In this document: positions 47,793 to 59,035 of the stretch, piece by piece
How positions within the stretch are numbered: position 1 is the stretch's first letter
Layout: every line of letters begins with the position of its first letter
Source: Candidatus Woesearchaeota archaeon
GTDB taxonomy: Archaea > Nanobdellota > Nanobdellia > Woesearchaeales > GCA-2686295
DNA length: 64,000 nucleotides
Direction of reading: 5' to 3'
Assembly: GCA_937912225.1 (NCBI GenBank)
Contig: CALDOJ010000034.1
Span: forward strand, 556-64,555
Made by a program: the position numbers and the translations under genes
The notes under the pieces: generated by a model
Told to the model about the DNA's origin: nothing
Seen by the model: only the letters and a program-made list of their open reading frames with translations
Database searches by the model: none

Positions 47793-47885
47793 TTATTTTT
47801 TATTTCAATTTTCTTAAACCTATAAAGCACTCGCACTGGACACAAGCCCGCAGAGTATTTAAACAAATAATTCTAAAAAACCATT

Positions 47886-48983
47886 ATGAACAAATGGGAA
47901 AAAGCAAAGATTCTTGGAGCTGCTGGAAGCTATGATTCATGCGGTCCAAAGATGTGCGAAGTTAACATCAAAGAAGGACTTGGAGGAATTTATCATGCAC
48001 AAGCAGAACATAAGGATTGTCGAATCTTCAAGACCCTTATGGATAATCGTTGTACATTTGATTGCAAGTATTGCGCAAACGCAGCAGGTTGCAAAAAAAA
48101 ACCTGCAAGCTACGAACCTGAAGAACTTGCTCAAGTATTCACATTCCTGGAAAAAAATCTAAAAGTGGATGGACTCTTTCTTAGCTCCGCCATCACTGGC
48201 AACCCCGACCAAGTCTCGGAAAAGATGTTAGACGCCGTCCGTCTTCTAAGAAACAAATATCATTTCCGAGGCTACGTCCACTTTAAGGTATTACCAGGAA
48301 CAAGTTACGACTTAATTAAACAAGCAGCAGAACTCAGCAATAGAATGAGCATCAATGTTGAAGCACCCAACAAACAAGTTTTATCAGAGTTATCAACAAA
48401 TAAAGATTTTAAAATAGATATCTTAAGAAGACAGGCTTGGATTTCAAAAATGAATCTTAGAAGCGGACAAACAACCCAAATGATAATCAATAATTTAGCA
48501 ACTGACAAAGATGTTCTAAAAATGGTTGATTGGGAATACAAAAATATTGAACTAAAAAGAATGTACTTTTCAGCATTCAAACCAGTGAAAGGAACAGCTT
48601 TACAAAATGAAGCTCCAGAAACACAACTAAGAGAAGCACATCTTTACAACGTTGATTTTTTAATGAGACAATATGATTTTAAAGTAAAAGAATTTAATCC
48701 AATTCTTGATAACGGAATGCTTCCAAGAGAAGACCCAAAACTAGCATTAGCAAAAGCAAACTTTGACTCACACATCGATATTAATCAAGCTTCATACCAA
48801 GAACTAATTCGAATTCCAGGTATTGGACCAACAACTGCACAAAGAATATTAAATTCCAAAACTAAAATTAAAAAATATGAAGATTTACATAAATTAGGTG
48901 GATGGGTTAAAAGAGCAAAACCATTCATAGAAGTAGGCGGTAAAAGACAACAAATGCTCAACGCTTACTATCAAAAAGCTTGA
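47886..48983 (+). CDS. Putative DNA modification/repair radical SAM protein with HhH domain
   Basis: YDSC, FKTLMDNRCTFDCKYC, GLFLSS, GQTTQMI, RE..LY..DFLMRQY, LIRIPGIGP..AQRI. Confidence 0.88.
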   Translation: MNKWEKAKILGAAGSYDSCGPKMCEVNIKEGLGGIYHAQAEHKDCRIFKTLMDNRCTFDCKYCANAAGCKKKPASYEPEELAQVFTFLEKNLKVDGLFLSSAITGNPDQVSEKMLDAVRLLRNKYHFRGYVHFKVLPGTSYDLIKQAAELSNRMSINVEAPNKQVLSELSTNKDFKIDILRRQAWISKMNLRSGQTTQMIINNLATDKDVLKMVDWEYKNIELKRMYFSAFKPVKGTALQNEAPETQLREAHLYNVDFLMRQYDFKVKEFNPILDNGMLPREDPKLALAKANFDSHIDINQASYQELIRIPGIGPTTAQRILNSKTKIKKYEDLHKLGGWVKRAKPFIEVGGKRQQMLNAYYQKA

Positions 48984-48989
48984 GTTAGC

Positions 48990-49008
48990 TTTTTGGGAGT
49001 CCCAAAAA
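48990..49008. terminator. Palindrome between convergent genes (bidirectional terminator-like)
   Basis: TTTTTGGGAGTCCCAAAAA; resembles TTTTGGGGGGTCCCAAAA at about 1521-1538. Confidence 0.5.
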
Positions 49009-49009
49009 T

Positions 49010-49714
49010 TCAATAGGATTTTTGATGACTGTTGAGAATATTATTAACTTCTCTAAAATCATTTATAAAATAATCCGCATATTCACGCATCATTTCAGAT
49101 TCATGAGTTCCTGAATTCACAACAATTGACAAACCAACTTTTTCTAAAACAGGAATGTCACTTTTACTATCACCAAAATAAGCTATTTCTGAAAAATCAA
49201 GTCCATAAGGAATTAATTCTTTTTCAAGCGAACCAACTTTATCCCACATATCAACTGCTTTAACAGTCCCATCAAAAACATCTCCAGAAATACCTAGTTC
49301 ATTAACAACTGCAAAAGAAAATTTACCAGGAAAATCTTGCATAATTTTATCAGAAACTAAAGTAAAACTAGCACTCAAAATACCATGAATATAATCACCG
49401 TTTAAACCAGAAATAAAATCTTCAAAACCAGCAGTATAAGGTAATTTTCCATCAGGATAAAGAGCGTCTTTAGCTTTTTGAACTGGAAAACCTTTAAGCA
49501 AAGCAGAATCCGCTTTCGTCCATTCAATAATATCTTGAGGCCTTGGATAATAATAATCTAAATGCTCTCTCCAAGTAGTTTTTTGAGGTTCTGGCAAGAT
49601 ACCACCAATCGCATCCCAAGAACTCTTAAATTTAGAAGTTACATACTGAACAGAAGTCCCGTCTAAATCAAAAACTAATGCTTTAATATGTGAATAATCA
49701 GTCATAAAAATCAA
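49010..49714 (-). CDS. HAD-superfamily hydrolase (phosphoserine-phosphatase-like)
   Basis: VFDLDGT, ILSAS, K, FGDSKSDIPVL. Confidence 0.85.
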   Translation of the reverse strand: MIFMTDYSHIKALVFDLDGTSVQYVTSKFKSSWDAIGGILPEPQKTTWREHLDYYYPRPQDIIEWTKADSALLKGFPVQKAKDALYPDGKLPYTAGFEDFISGLNGDYIHGILSASFTLVSDKIMQDFPGKFSFAVVNELGISGDVFDGTVKAVDMWDKVGSLEKELIPYGLDFSEIAYFGDSKSDIPVLEKVGLSIVVNSGTHESEMMREYADYFINDFREVNNILNSHQKSY

Positions 49715-49737
49715 GAATTAGAATTCTTATTTAAACC

Positions 49738-50979
49738 TTAGTGGTTCTGAACAAGATCTTCATTCCCTTTTACTTCAACAACTTTGTAGAATTTATCGTT
49801 CATCCGACATTTAGGAACTTTAAAAGTAATTAAATCCCCTTTCTTAACAACAGAAACAAATTTATCATTCAGCACCATCTCAGGCATTTGTCCTTCAATA
49901 ACACCTGTTGTTGGCCCCATCACATAGAACACATCGCCTTTTGCAATTGAATTTGATTCAATTTTAACTTCTGCAACTCCAGATTTCGAATAATAATTAG
50001 AAATCTTTCCAAGCAACATTTTTCGAGTTGTTGCTTTTGAGCCATAAACACCAGCCCATGCATGAATTGGTTTACCCATATAAAAGCCAGTTTCAAAACC
50101 ACGATTGTAAACTCGCTCCATTTTTGTAATCAATTCTTTTTTCTTTTTTTCAGTTAGTTTTTTAGCAATGTGTAAATCAATTGCTTCTCGGTATGCTTCA
50201 ACTACTCCTTTAACATATTCAGGAGAACGAGCACGACCTTCAATTTTAAAAACTGAAATTCCAGAGTCAATAATTTGCTCAATTATTGGCATTGTACACA
50301 TATCTTTTGGAGACATTACATACTGGTTGTCTAACTCCAACTCTACATCTTCTTCAACATCAGTGATTTTATACTTACGTCTGCAAACTTGTATGCATTC
50401 GCCACGATTAGCAGATTTATCACAAGTAATTTGAGACATAAAACATCTGCCTGAAACTGCAATACACATCGCACCATGAATAAAACATTCAATTTCAGCA
50501 TCTAACTTCTCTTTCTTAATCTGAGCAATAATTTTCTTAATTTGTTCTAAATCTAACTCTCTAGCTAAAACAAATCTTTTAATTCCAAAATCATAATAAA
50601 ATTTTAAAGCTTCAAAATTAGCAACTGATGCTTGAGTTGAAAGATGTAATTCTAAACCAAGAGCTTTAGCTTTTTGTAAAACCATTAAATCCCATGCAAT
50701 AATTGCATCAACTCCAGTATCTTTTGCAGCCTGCAAAGTTTTATCCAACAAAGAATCTTCATTTGGATAAATAATGCTATTAACAGTCAAGTAAACTCGA
50801 ACTTTTTTTGCATGAGCTCGAATTACTGCTTCTTTTAACTCTTCAAAAGAAAAGTTTGAACTACCTAAAGTTCGCATATTTAATTCTTGACATCCTAAAT
50901 AAACAGAATCTGCACCTGCATCTATTGCTGCTTGTAAAGATTCAAAATTTCCAACCGGAGCTAAAAGTTCAGGAGCCAT
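49738..50979 (-). CDS. U32 peptidase family protein (tRNA/rRNA hydroxylation type)
   Basis: PELLAPVG, HLSTQAS, VLAREL, HGAMCIAVSGRCFMS, NRGECIQVCR, FKIEGR. Confidence 0.92.
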   Translation of the reverse strand: MAPELLAPVGNFESLQAAIDAGADSVYLGCQELNMRTLGSSNFSFEELKEAVIRAHAKKVRVYLTVNSIIYPNEDSLLDKTLQAAKDTGVDAIIAWDLMVLQKAKALGLELHLSTQASVANFEALKFYYDFGIKRFVLARELDLEQIKKIIAQIKKEKLDAEIECFIHGAMCIAVSGRCFMSQITCDKSANRGECIQVCRRKYKITDVEEDVELELDNQYVMSPKDMCTMPIIEQIIDSGISVFKIEGRARSPEYVKGVVEAYREAIDLHIAKKLTEKKKKELITKMERVYNRGFETGFYMGKPIHAWAGVYGSKATTRKMLLGKISNYYSKSGVAEVKIESNSIAKGDVFYVMGPTTGVIEGQMPEMVLNDKFVSVVKKGDLITFKVPKCRMNDKFYKVVEVKGNEDLVQNH

Positions 50980-51022
50980 AGTAAAAAGAAAAAAAGAGTA
51001 TTTTTAAACTTTTACTTAAAGC

Positions 51023-51652
51023 TCATCTAAAAACATTCCAATCTAAAACTATATCCAGAGTTTTAAAAACATTACCTTTGCTTAATCCATAATCTGTTAA
51101 ATATTCAATTGTTTCAACTGGCTCCTTAGCTCCAGAATAATCAAGAACCCGTTTTACATCCATAATTCCATCTAAATTTAAATCACAAGATTCTTCCAAA
51201 ACAAGTTTTTTTTTCGTTTGAATTTTTTGTCTAACACAGAAGAGCTCCCCTTCTTCATATAATTTAGCATTAATAGTATCTTGTTCTAATCCTAAGTTAT
51301 AATCTTGAACTTGAATAGTATCTCCAAGAATAATAAATTCTAATTTTTCTCTTTTACCAGTCTCATCATAAAATCTGTTTGTTTTGTAAGAAATAGAATC
51401 TCCAACATTATAAGTGACTAATTTTTGAGTAACTCCATTTTTATATTCAGATTCTTCAACAACAGAAGATTCGCCATAAAAATAAGTTTTTTTCATAACA
51501 CCTTCTTCACGAGTGCCTGTTCTTTCAATTGCTTGTTTAACTCCTCGAACAATAGATGTATCAATAATAATATTTTCTTGAGCAAAAGATAAAGATTCAA
51601 ATAACAAGAACGAAGCAGTCATCAACCTCAATAACCCTTGTTTAAGAGTCAT
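51023..51652 (-). CDS. Secreted hypothetical protein
   Basis: Signal-like MTLKQGLLRLMTASFLLFESLSFA; DLNLDG Ca-binding-like motif. Confidence 0.55.
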   Translation of the reverse strand: MTLKQGLLRLMTASFLLFESLSFAQENIIIDTSIVRGVKQAIERTGTREEGVMKKTYFYGESSVVEESEYKNGVTQKLVTYNVGDSISYKTNRFYDETGKREKLEFIILGDTIQVQDYNLGLEQDTINAKLYEEGELFCVRQKIQTKKKLVLEESCDLNLDGIMDVKRVLDYSGAKEPVETIEYLTDYGLSKGNVFKTLDIVLDWNVFR

Positions 51653-51750
51653 AAAAAAACAATAATAGACCAAACTATAAAAAGATTTATCAAAATCACA
51701 ATACATAACGTTTATAAACATAAGCAACTAATTATAGTTAAAGAGAAAAA

Positions 51751-52644
51751 ATGACTATATTAGCATCAATACTAGAAGTTGTTCTTAACAGCTTACAAAA
51801 AATAATTCTAATAGCAATTATTCTTTTTTTAACTGCAACCATTGCCAAATTAATGAATATGTTGCTTCATAAATCATTTCAAAAAGCCTCTAAGAGATTA
51901 AAAATTGATCACACAAAATACTCGTTTATTAAACATCTAACCTCAGGAGTAATTTATCTAATAGGAATAAGTATCGCAATCTATGTAATACCATCATTAA
52001 GAGCATTATCAGTTTCTTTACTTGCAGGAGCAGGAATACTGGCAGTAGTAATTGGTTTTGCTTCACAACAAGCATTTGCAAATGTTATTAGCGGAATATT
52101 CATCGTTATATTCAAACCTTTCAGAGTCGGAGACAGGATTAATATTGGCGTAACTTCTGAAATGAGAGGAATTGTTGAAGATATCACTTTAAGACACACA
52201 GTTATTAGAAATTTTGAAAATAAAAGAATAATAGTTCCAAACTCAATTATCAGCAATGAAACAATTGAAAACTCAACTATTGGTGATGAAAAGATTTGTA
52301 AATGGGTTGATTTTGGAATTAGTTATGATTCAAATGTTGATAAAGCAAAGAAAATAATTATGGAAGAAGCAGTTAAACATCCAGAACATATCGATAATCG
52401 AAGCGAAGAAGAAAAAAACAACAATGATCCAATTGTCAGAGTAAGAGTTGTCTCATTTGGAGATTCGTCAGTTAATTTAAGAGCTTATGTTTGGTGTTCA
52501 AATGCAACAGCCGCTTTTAAACTTGGATGTGATTTAAATGAAAGTGTAAAAAAACGATTTGACAAAGAAGGAATTGAAATCCCATTCCCTTATCGAACTA
52601 TTGTTTTTAAAGATAATAAAACTAAAAAGAAACTTAACAAATGA
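51751..52644 (+). CDS. mscS: MscS small-conductance mechanosensitive channel
   Basis: GFASQQAFANVISG..KPFRVGDRI, GIVEDITLRHT, VPNS, GIEIPFP. Confidence 0.93.
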   Translation: MTILASILEVVLNSLQKIILIAIILFLTATIAKLMNMLLHKSFQKASKRLKIDHTKYSFIKHLTSGVIYLIGISIAIYVIPSLRALSVSLLAGAGILAVVIGFASQQAFANVISGIFIVIFKPFRVGDRINIGVTSEMRGIVEDITLRHTVIRNFENKRIIVPNSIISNETIENSTIGDEKICKWVDFGISYDSNVDKAKKIIMEEAVKHPEHIDNRSEEEKNNNDPIVRVRVVSFGDSSVNLRAYVWCSNATAAFKLGCDLNESVKKRFDKEGIEIPFPYRTIVFKDNKTKKKLNK

Positions 52645-53576
52645 TTGAAATAAGATATTTAGATGGAACAATAAAAAAAGCAGAGTTTTCAAATTTAAAG
52701 AAGCTTCTTAGATTTCCTGTTTGGGTTGACTGCACCAACATAACTAAAGAAGAATCTGAAAATTTAAGAAAAGAATTTGGACTCCATTCATTAACAACTG
52801 AAGATTTATACAATTCAAATACTAGAATAAAAATTGAAGAATTTTCAGAATATTTATTCTCAGTATTTTACAATATAAATGAACAACACGAACTAATGGA
52901 AATGGATTTCATCATAGGGAAAAACTTCTTAATTACAAATCATAAAAAACCAATAGAAACATTTGAAACATTAAAAAAAGATGAGGAAAAACTTTCTTTA
53001 CTATTCAAAAAAGGACTTGATTTTTTGTTTCATCGATTGCTTGATAAAGAAATAGATGAATACTTCACAGCAATAGAAAAACTGGAAGATAATATAGAAC
53101 AATTAGAAGAAGCCGCAATTAATCGAGCAAGACCTGAACTATTAAGCAGAATTTTAAAACTTAAAAGAATGGTTGTACATATAAAAAGAGTTACAACAAC
53201 TCAAAGAGATAAAACAGGACTTCTAGCAAAAAGCAATTACAAACAAATATCAAAAAGAGCAGAACCATACTTTAGAGACATTTATGATCACGCAATAAGA
53301 GTTTCAGACATAATAGATAATAACAGAGAATCAATTGGAAACGCTTTTGACGTTTATATGTCTACAATGTCTAACAATATGAACGAAGTGATGAAAGTAT
53401 TAAGTATTATTGCAACAATTGCACTCCCATTAACAGTTATATCAGGAATCTATGGAACTAATTTTACAATTCTACCAGGAGCAAGTTTTCCATATGGATT
53501 TTGGTCTATGATTTTAGTAATGATATTAATGGGTCTTGGAATGATGTGGTTTTTTAAAAAAAGAAACTGGTTCTAA
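52641..53576 (+). CDS. corA: CorA Mg/Co transporter
   Basis: FGLHSLTTED, YFRDIYDH, MNEVMKVL..PLTVISGIYGTNF (GMN altered to GTN), KKRNW. Confidence 0.9.
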   Translation: MIEIRYLDGTIKKAEFSNLKKLLRFPVWVDCTNITKEESENLRKEFGLHSLTTEDLYNSNTRIKIEEFSEYLFSVFYNINEQHELMEMDFIIGKNFLITNHKKPIETFETLKKDEEKLSLLFKKGLDFLFHRLLDKEIDEYFTAIEKLEDNIEQLEEAAINRARPELLSRILKLKRMVVHIKRVTTTQRDKTGLLAKSNYKQISKRAEPYFRDIYDHAIRVSDIIDNNRESIGNAFDVYMSTMSNNMNEVMKVLSIIATIALPLTVISGIYGTNFTILPGASFPYGFWSMILVMILMGLGMMWFFKKRNWF

Positions 53577-53599
53577 AAAAAAAAAAAAGTTAAAAAAAA

Positions 53600-55750
53600 T
53601 TACAATTTTTTCAACTTCAACAATAAAGAATTACTTACAACACTAACACTACTTAAAGCCATGGCTCCTCCAGCAATCATTGGATTTAAAAAACCCAGCG
53701 CTGCAAATGGAATACCAACTGTGTTGTAAATTAAAGCCCAGAACATATTCTGACGAATCTTAGACATAGTCATCTTACTTAACTTAATAGCTTTAGCAAC
53801 ATCTAACAAGTCATCTCGCATCAAAACAACATTACCTGTCTCCATTGCAACGTCAGTTCCTGAACCCATTGCAATACCAATGTCTGCTTGAGCAAGAGCA
53901 GGTGCGTCATTTATTCCATCGCCAACCATTGCAACCTTGCCTTTAGCCTGAAGTTTTTTAACATAACCAGCTTTTTCTTCAGGTAAGACTTCTGCAAAGA
54001 CATTTCTAATGCCTGCTTGTTTAGCAATTGCATTAGCAGTACGAGTATTATCGCCAGTAATCATATAAACATCCAACTTCATATCATGCAACATTTTAAC
54101 TGCTTGTTTTGAACTGTCTTTAATAGTATCAGCAACAGCAATCAAACCAAGTAGTTTTCTGCCATCAGATAAAAGCATAACTGTTTTTCCAGCATACTCT
54201 AAACGTTGAATATTTTCAACATGTTTCTTGTACAAAATCTTATTTATATCCATCAACTTAACATTTCCAAAAAAGTAATTTTTCGAATCAATAACACCAG
54301 TTATTCCGTGTCCAGGAATCGCTTCGAAGTGAGATGTGCTTTTCAAACTAAGACCTTCAGCTTCTTTAACAATTGCTTCAGCTAAAGGATGTTCACTACC
54401 TTTTTCTAAACTAGCAGCAAGAATTAAAAATTCTTCTCTAGGTTTTTCAAAAGCAATAACATCAGTAACTTCAGGCTCGCCTTTAGTAATAGTTCCAGTT
54501 TTATCAAATATAACTGACTTAATCTTATGAGCAGTTTCTAAAGCTTCACCACCTTTGATTAGAATACCATTAGTAGCGCCTTTTCCAGTACCAACCATTA
54601 TAGCTGTAGGAGTTGCAAGACCAAGCGCACAAGGACAAGCTATAACTAATACTGCAACGCTTGCTAAAAGCGAAGTTCTAAAATCAGCTCCAACAATAAA
54701 GAACCAGACTGAAAAAGTAATAATTGCAATCACTAAAACAACCGGTACAAAATAACCTGCAATCATATCTGCAAATCTTTGAATAGGAGCTTTACTGCCT
54801 TGAGCATCTTCAATTAATTTAATGATTTGAGCAAGAGTAGTATTCGCACCAACCTTTGTAGCTTTAAAAGTAAAATAACCATGTTTGTTAATAGTCGCAC
54901 CAATGACTTCATCACCAAGAGATTTTTCAACAGGAATACTTTCGCCAGTAACCATTGATTCGTCAATTGAAGTTTGACCTTCAACAATCATTCCATCAAC
55001 AGGAATTTTCTCACCAGGTTTAACAATTACAAGATCACCTTCAACAACTTCATCAACAGGAATACTAATTTCTTTATTATCTCGAATAACAAGAGCTTCC
55101 TTTGGTTTTAAACCAACTAATCGTTTTATAGCTTCAGAAGTTTTACCTTTAGCTCTAGCTTCTAATAGTCTTCCAAAAACAACAATAGTGATTAAAACAG
55201 CACTCGCTTCAAAATATTGATGACCCATACCAGATATAACTGCATAAACACTGTAAAAGTAAGCAGCACTCGTACCCATTATAACAAGTGTATCCATGTT
55301 TGCACTAAATCCTTTTAATGCATTAATCGCACTTTTATACATTGGCCAAGCAACGAAGAATTGAACTGGCGAAGCCAATATCCACATAATATAATTTTGA
55401 AATGGAACAGGATTATTCATAAAGAACATTCCTAAAATAAAAGTAGGAAGAGCAAAAACTAAACCAGTATAAAATTCGTTCTTTAATTGTCTAATTTCAT
55501 TTTCTTTTTTCTTTGCATCTTTTTTAAAATCAGTTTGTTCAATTTCACAAGCACCATAACCTTTTTTTTTAACAACTTCAATAAGTTCGTTAACAGAAAT
55601 TTTTGACTCATCAAATTCAACAGATGCTTTGTTAGTTGTAAGGTTCACGTTAGCAGTCACACCATCAAGTCTATTCAAAGCTCTATCAATCAGAGTTGAA
55701 CAACTAGCACAATGCATACCAGTAATGTCTAAAACTATTTTCTTAACCAT
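53600..55750 (-). CDS. copA: Cu(I)-translocating P1B-type ATPase
   Basis: [40 protein letters not shown]...MALSS. Confidence 0.95.
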   Translation of the reverse strand: MVKKIVLDITGMHCASCSTLIDRALNRLDGVTANVNLTTNKASVEFDESKISVNELIEVVKKKGYGACEIEQTDFKKDAKKKENEIRQLKNEFYTGLVFALPTFILGMFFMNNPVPFQNYIMWILASPVQFFVAWPMYKSAINALKGFSANMDTLVIMGTSAAYFYSVYAVISGMGHQYFEASAVLITIVVFGRLLEARAKGKTSEAIKRLVGLKPKEALVIRDNKEISIPVDEVVEGDLVIVKPGEKIPVDGMIVEGQTSIDESMVTGESIPVEKSLGDEVIGATINKHGYFTFKATKVGANTTLAQIIKLIEDAQGSKAPIQRFADMIAGYFVPVVLVIAIITFSVWFFIVGADFRTSLLASVAVLVIACPCALGLATPTAIMVGTGKGATNGILIKGGEALETAHKIKSVIFDKTGTITKGEPEVTDVIAFEKPREEFLILAASLEKGSEHPLAEAIVKEAEGLSLKSTSHFEAIPGHGITGVIDSKNYFFGNVKLMDINKILYKKHVENIQRLEYAGKTVMLLSDGRKLLGLIAVADTIKDSSKQAVKMLHDMKLDVYMITGDNTRTANAIAKQAGIRNVFAEVLPEEKAGYVKKLQAKGKVAMVGDGINDAPALAQADIGIAMGSGTDVAMETGNVVLMRDDLLDVAKAIKLSKMTMSKIRQNMFWALIYNTVGIPFAALGFLNPMIAGGAMALSSVSVVSNSLLLKLKKL

Positions 55751-55752
55751 TT

Positions 55753-56181
55753 TTATACAAACCTATGTCTTCCATCAACGATATCCTTCACATTTATTAA
55801 AATGTTGTCTCCTTTAACTGTGTGTGGCAAATAACTTGGCCAGCAACCATAACCTTTATTCTCAGTTCCTAAACCATCAATATCAAAAACTCGTCCACAA
55901 TTATTACAAACTATATCAGTTCCTTGTTGTTTATAACCTTTGCTTCCACCACAAACATCACATGCATCAAATGCAGTTCTAACTTCCCCATCAGTTCCTT
56001 TAACAGCAAAGTATCTGATAGTTACACTTCCGACCTTGTGTTCATAAAAACTTACTTCTTCAGACAAATCTGAAATCGGTATTGAAACTACATCTGCATT
56101 ATTAGTTACTTGACCAGTTGGTGAAGAACTACAAGCAGTAATTAACAATAATAAAGCCAATATAAATATCATTTGTTTCAT
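55753..56181 (-). CDS. DUF2318-like membrane Fe-S/metal-binding lipoprotein
   Basis: Start MKQM at 56181; lipobox ITAC; [19 protein letters not shown]. Confidence 0.8.
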   Translation of the reverse strand: MKQMIFILALLLLITACSSSPTGQVTNNADVVSIPISDLSEEVSFYEHKVGSVTIRYFAVKGTDGEVRTAFDACDVCGGSKGYKQQGTDIVCNNCGRVFDIDGLGTENKGYGCWPSYLPHTVKGDNILINVKDIVDGRHRFV

Positions 56182-56182
56182 T

Positions 56183-57649
56183 TTATCTTCCTCCACCGCA
56201 GCCACAGCCACCACTTCCACTACCACCACAAGACCCACCTACAGGATCAGGAACGCTGTTCAATTCTTTTTCTACAGCAGCAGCATCTTCTAAGTTAATA
56301 TCTTCTTTTACAATAAAAGTTCCTGGAATCATACCCATCCAACAAGACCAAGATATTACTCCTTCATTTTCAGGCGTAAATTCAATTGTTTGTAAACCTT
56401 GTTTAATATCAAAGTTTAAACCATACTTTGGAACTTGAATTGCATTATTACAACCATTTATTTCCCTGCCGTCAATTACCCATTTAACAGGAACACCTTT
56501 TTTCAAAACAAACTTGTCTGGTTCCCAACCATATCTGTCAACAGTCATTTCAATTACCTGATATCCGCCTTCCATCTTGATAACATTCCCGGTCGAACTT
56601 GCCGAACTTGCTGAAACTGATGCAACTAAAGTGTTAACATCAAAACCTGAACCTGTTAAAGCCAAACCTCTGTTAACCATTATAACACCAAGCACTATAA
56701 CAATTGCACCAGATAACTTTAAAATTTTATGAGTGGCTTTTTTTGAAATATAACTAGTAATAAAACCAAAACCTAAAAGTACAGGTAAAGTTCCAAGACC
56801 GAATATGAATAATAATTTTGCACCTTCAATCATACTACCAGTTCCAGCAGCCATAATATACATTGCTTGTAAAGGTCCGCAAGCTATTAATAAACCATTT
56901 AATAAACCAATAACCAGGGGACTGGAAGACTCAGACTTTTTCTTGAACACATATTTATTCAGGAATTGGGGTGTTTTGAATGATAGCTTTCTAAGAGCGG
57001 GAAATATATTCAACATTTTTAATCCAAAAAGAACTAAAAATAAACCTGCAAATATTCCAGCAAAACCCCTCATCATTGGTGTGAATGCAAATATTGAACC
57101 AATTAAACCAAAAATCGCTCCAATAATAGTATAAGATAATGTTTTTCCAAGTCCATACATAGCATGAGACTTATGAGGTTTAACTCCTTGTTTAGCATCT
57201 TTGGTAGTATATCCAACAACAAATCCTCCACACATACCAACACAATGAAAACCAGTCAATAAACCTACTACAAATAATAAACCATAACCCATGTTTTGAG
57301 TTAATTCAGGCATATTAATACCGTCAACAAAGTTAAATAAAAAGTAAGCTGCAATTAATAAACCAACAGCAGAAAATATCCAACCAAACAATTTATCAAC
57401 ATTTAATTTATTAGAAGAATTACCTTTTTCATCTAAAACATAACAAACATAATTCTTCTCTTCAATCTTATCAAGAATGATATCTAAGTCAGTTTTTTTA
57501 TCGTCATATGTTACATAACCTGTTTCAGTACTTAAATCAAACTCAACAGCTTTAACACCTTTAACTTTCAAAACTTGACGTTTAATTATTTTTTCACAAC
57601 TCTCACAAAACGTTCCTTCCGCGATAAACCCCTTTTTTACAATCATCAT
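56183..57649 (-). CDS. HMA + DsbD_2/TauE-like + cupredoxin-like copper protein
   Basis: GTFCESC, HCVGMCGG, LIACGPLQAM, GCNN, SCWMGM, Cys/Gly tail. Confidence 0.85.
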   Translation of the reverse strand: MMIVKKGFIAEGTFCESCEKIIKRQVLKVKGVKAVEFDLSTETGYVTYDDKKTDLDIILDKIEEKNYVCYVLDEKGNSSNKLNVDKLFGWIFSAVGLLIAAYFLFNFVDGINMPELTQNMGYGLLFVVGLLTGFHCVGMCGGFVVGYTTKDAKQGVKPHKSHAMYGLGKTLSYTIIGAIFGLIGSIFAFTPMMRGFAGIFAGLFLVLFGLKMLNIFPALRKLSFKTPQFLNKYVFKKKSESSSPLVIGLLNGLLIACGPLQAMYIMAAGTGSMIEGAKLLFIFGLGTLPVLLGFGFITSYISKKATHKILKLSGAIVIVLGVIMVNRGLALTGSGFDVNTLVASVSASSASSTGNVIKMEGGYQVIEMTVDRYGWEPDKFVLKKGVPVKWVIDGREINGCNNAIQVPKYGLNFDIKQGLQTIEFTPENEGVISWSCWMGMIPGTFIVKEDINLEDAAAVEKELNSVPDPVGGSCGGSGSGGCGCGGGR

Positions 57650-57849
57650 TCCACCTCGAAGCCTTCGCCTCTAATCACAGTTTTAACTCTTTCTTCAGTT
57701 ATTTCGTTAGCATCAAAATCTACTGTTACTCGCTGATCAGGATTTGAAGCTTTAACACTAGTTACACCTTCCTCTTCTGATAAAGCATCTTCAATAAGCA
57801 TTTCACAAGCATGACAAGTCATACCATTTACGAAAAATATTTTTTCCAT
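57646..57849 (-). CDS. copZ: CopZ-like metallochaperone
   Basis: GMTCHAC HMA motif; GGAGG SD before ATG at 57849. Confidence 0.88.
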   Translation of the reverse strand: MEKIFFVNGMTCHACEMLIEDALSEEEGVTSVKASNPDQRVTVDFDANEITEERVKTVIRGEGFEVE

Positions 57850-57981
57850 TGTAAAAACCTCCATTGCAGATTAATAATCAAGCCTTTATTAATACCATTC
57901 GATGAAAAAAAGAACGCCTAAAACGTTTGAAACCAGAGAATTATCGTCCCAGAACGTTTAATAATGATTTTTTAGAACTTG

Positions 57982-58500
57982 TTATTTTGAAGAATTACTC
58001 CTAATATGATGCCTATAATAACCAATAATATTACCTAATAAGAAGTTTCCCTCTACAATAACACCCATTGGAGAGAAAATTATTGCATTATAAACTATTA
58101 TTAGAGATGTACCAACCATCATCAATCTTCTCATTAGTTTGTGATTTGCTTGAAAGTTTCCAATCATGAAAATACACGAACCTGCATAAATTATTAAGTC
58201 ATACATTTCAACGTAAGTAAAGATTAAAACTAAAGTATTTATAATTAAGAACAAATAAAGATATTTTTTATTTGTTGAGAAATAACAAACAATAAATCTT
58301 AATACTGCAAAAAATACAATTATTCCAGCAGCAACTTTTCCTAATAAAAAGTAATGAGCACTTATTAAACTTGCAGAAATAACAAAACTCAAATAAATTG
58401 ATTTCCTATTATTAAACTGCATTCCTAAGAAATCAAAGCCCATTGCAAAGAGCATTAGTATTTGAGAAAGAATAAAAGATAATGTGAAATCAATCATCAT
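57982..58500 (-). CDS. YgjV-family inner membrane protein
   Basis: Multi-TM; AHYFLLG, MRRLM..IVYNAI pattern. Confidence 0.7.
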   Translation of the reverse strand: MMIDFTLSFILSQILMLFAMGFDFLGMQFNNRKSIYLSFVISASLISAHYFLLGKVAAGIIVFFAVLRFIVCYFSTNKKYLYLFLIINTLVLIFTYVEMYDLIIYAGSCIFMIGNFQANHKLMRRLMMVGTSLIIVYNAIIFSPMGVIVEGNFLLGNIIGYYRHHIRSNSSK

Positions 58501-58504
58501 TTTT

Positions 58505-59035
58505 TTAGAACTTTTTTCTTAAGAATACTTCATTAGTTTTTCCAGACTTTTTTCGACTAATGATTTCTTTTTCTTCTAAGCTTTTTAAAAGTAATGATAA
58601 TGATGTTTTTGACATGCCAGTTCGATAACGAAGAGTTGATTGTGTAATACCTTCTTGTTCGTGAACCGCTTTTAGAACTATTTGTTCTTCAGAATCAAAT
58701 CCTCCTAAAAATGCCGTGAAATGATCTTTTTTTGTAGCTTCTTTTAATGCTGAAGAAACTTTTACTTGGTGTTCTTCCAGAACTTTTTGTGTTTTATCAA
58801 ATAAAAGCAGATAGATTCCAAGAATTATTAATGCTAATGAAATAACTCCTCCAATGATATAAACTGAGAAATCCCTGTCCTGATGAAGACAAGTACCATC
58901 AGCCAAATAACAAGTACCCATTTCATCAACAAAAGCATTGATGTAAACATCTTCTTTTGCTTTAAACATAAAGACGAGAATTGACAACAATATTCCAAAT
59001 ATTAAAATTGCAACCCCTATTTGTTTTTGATTCAT
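58505..59035 (-). CDS. Membrane-anchored winged-helix (MarR-like) regulator
   Basis: Two TMs with a CYLADGTCLH loop; EGITQSTLRYRTGMSKTSLS..LEEKEII HTH. Confidence 0.82.
   Translation of the reverse strand: MNQKQIGVAILIFGILLSILVFMFKAKEDVYINAFVDEMGTCYLADGTCLHQDRDFSVYIIGGVISLALIILGIYLLLFDKTQKVLEEHQVKVSSALKEATKKDHFTAFLGGFDSEEQIVLKAVHEQEGITQSTLRYRTGMSKTSLSLLLKSLEEKEIISRKKSGKTNEVFLRKKF

Noticed and set aside
53575-53599. Poly-A run between corA and copA
   Set aside because: Ordinary T-tract terminator region for the minus-strand gene between convergent genes.
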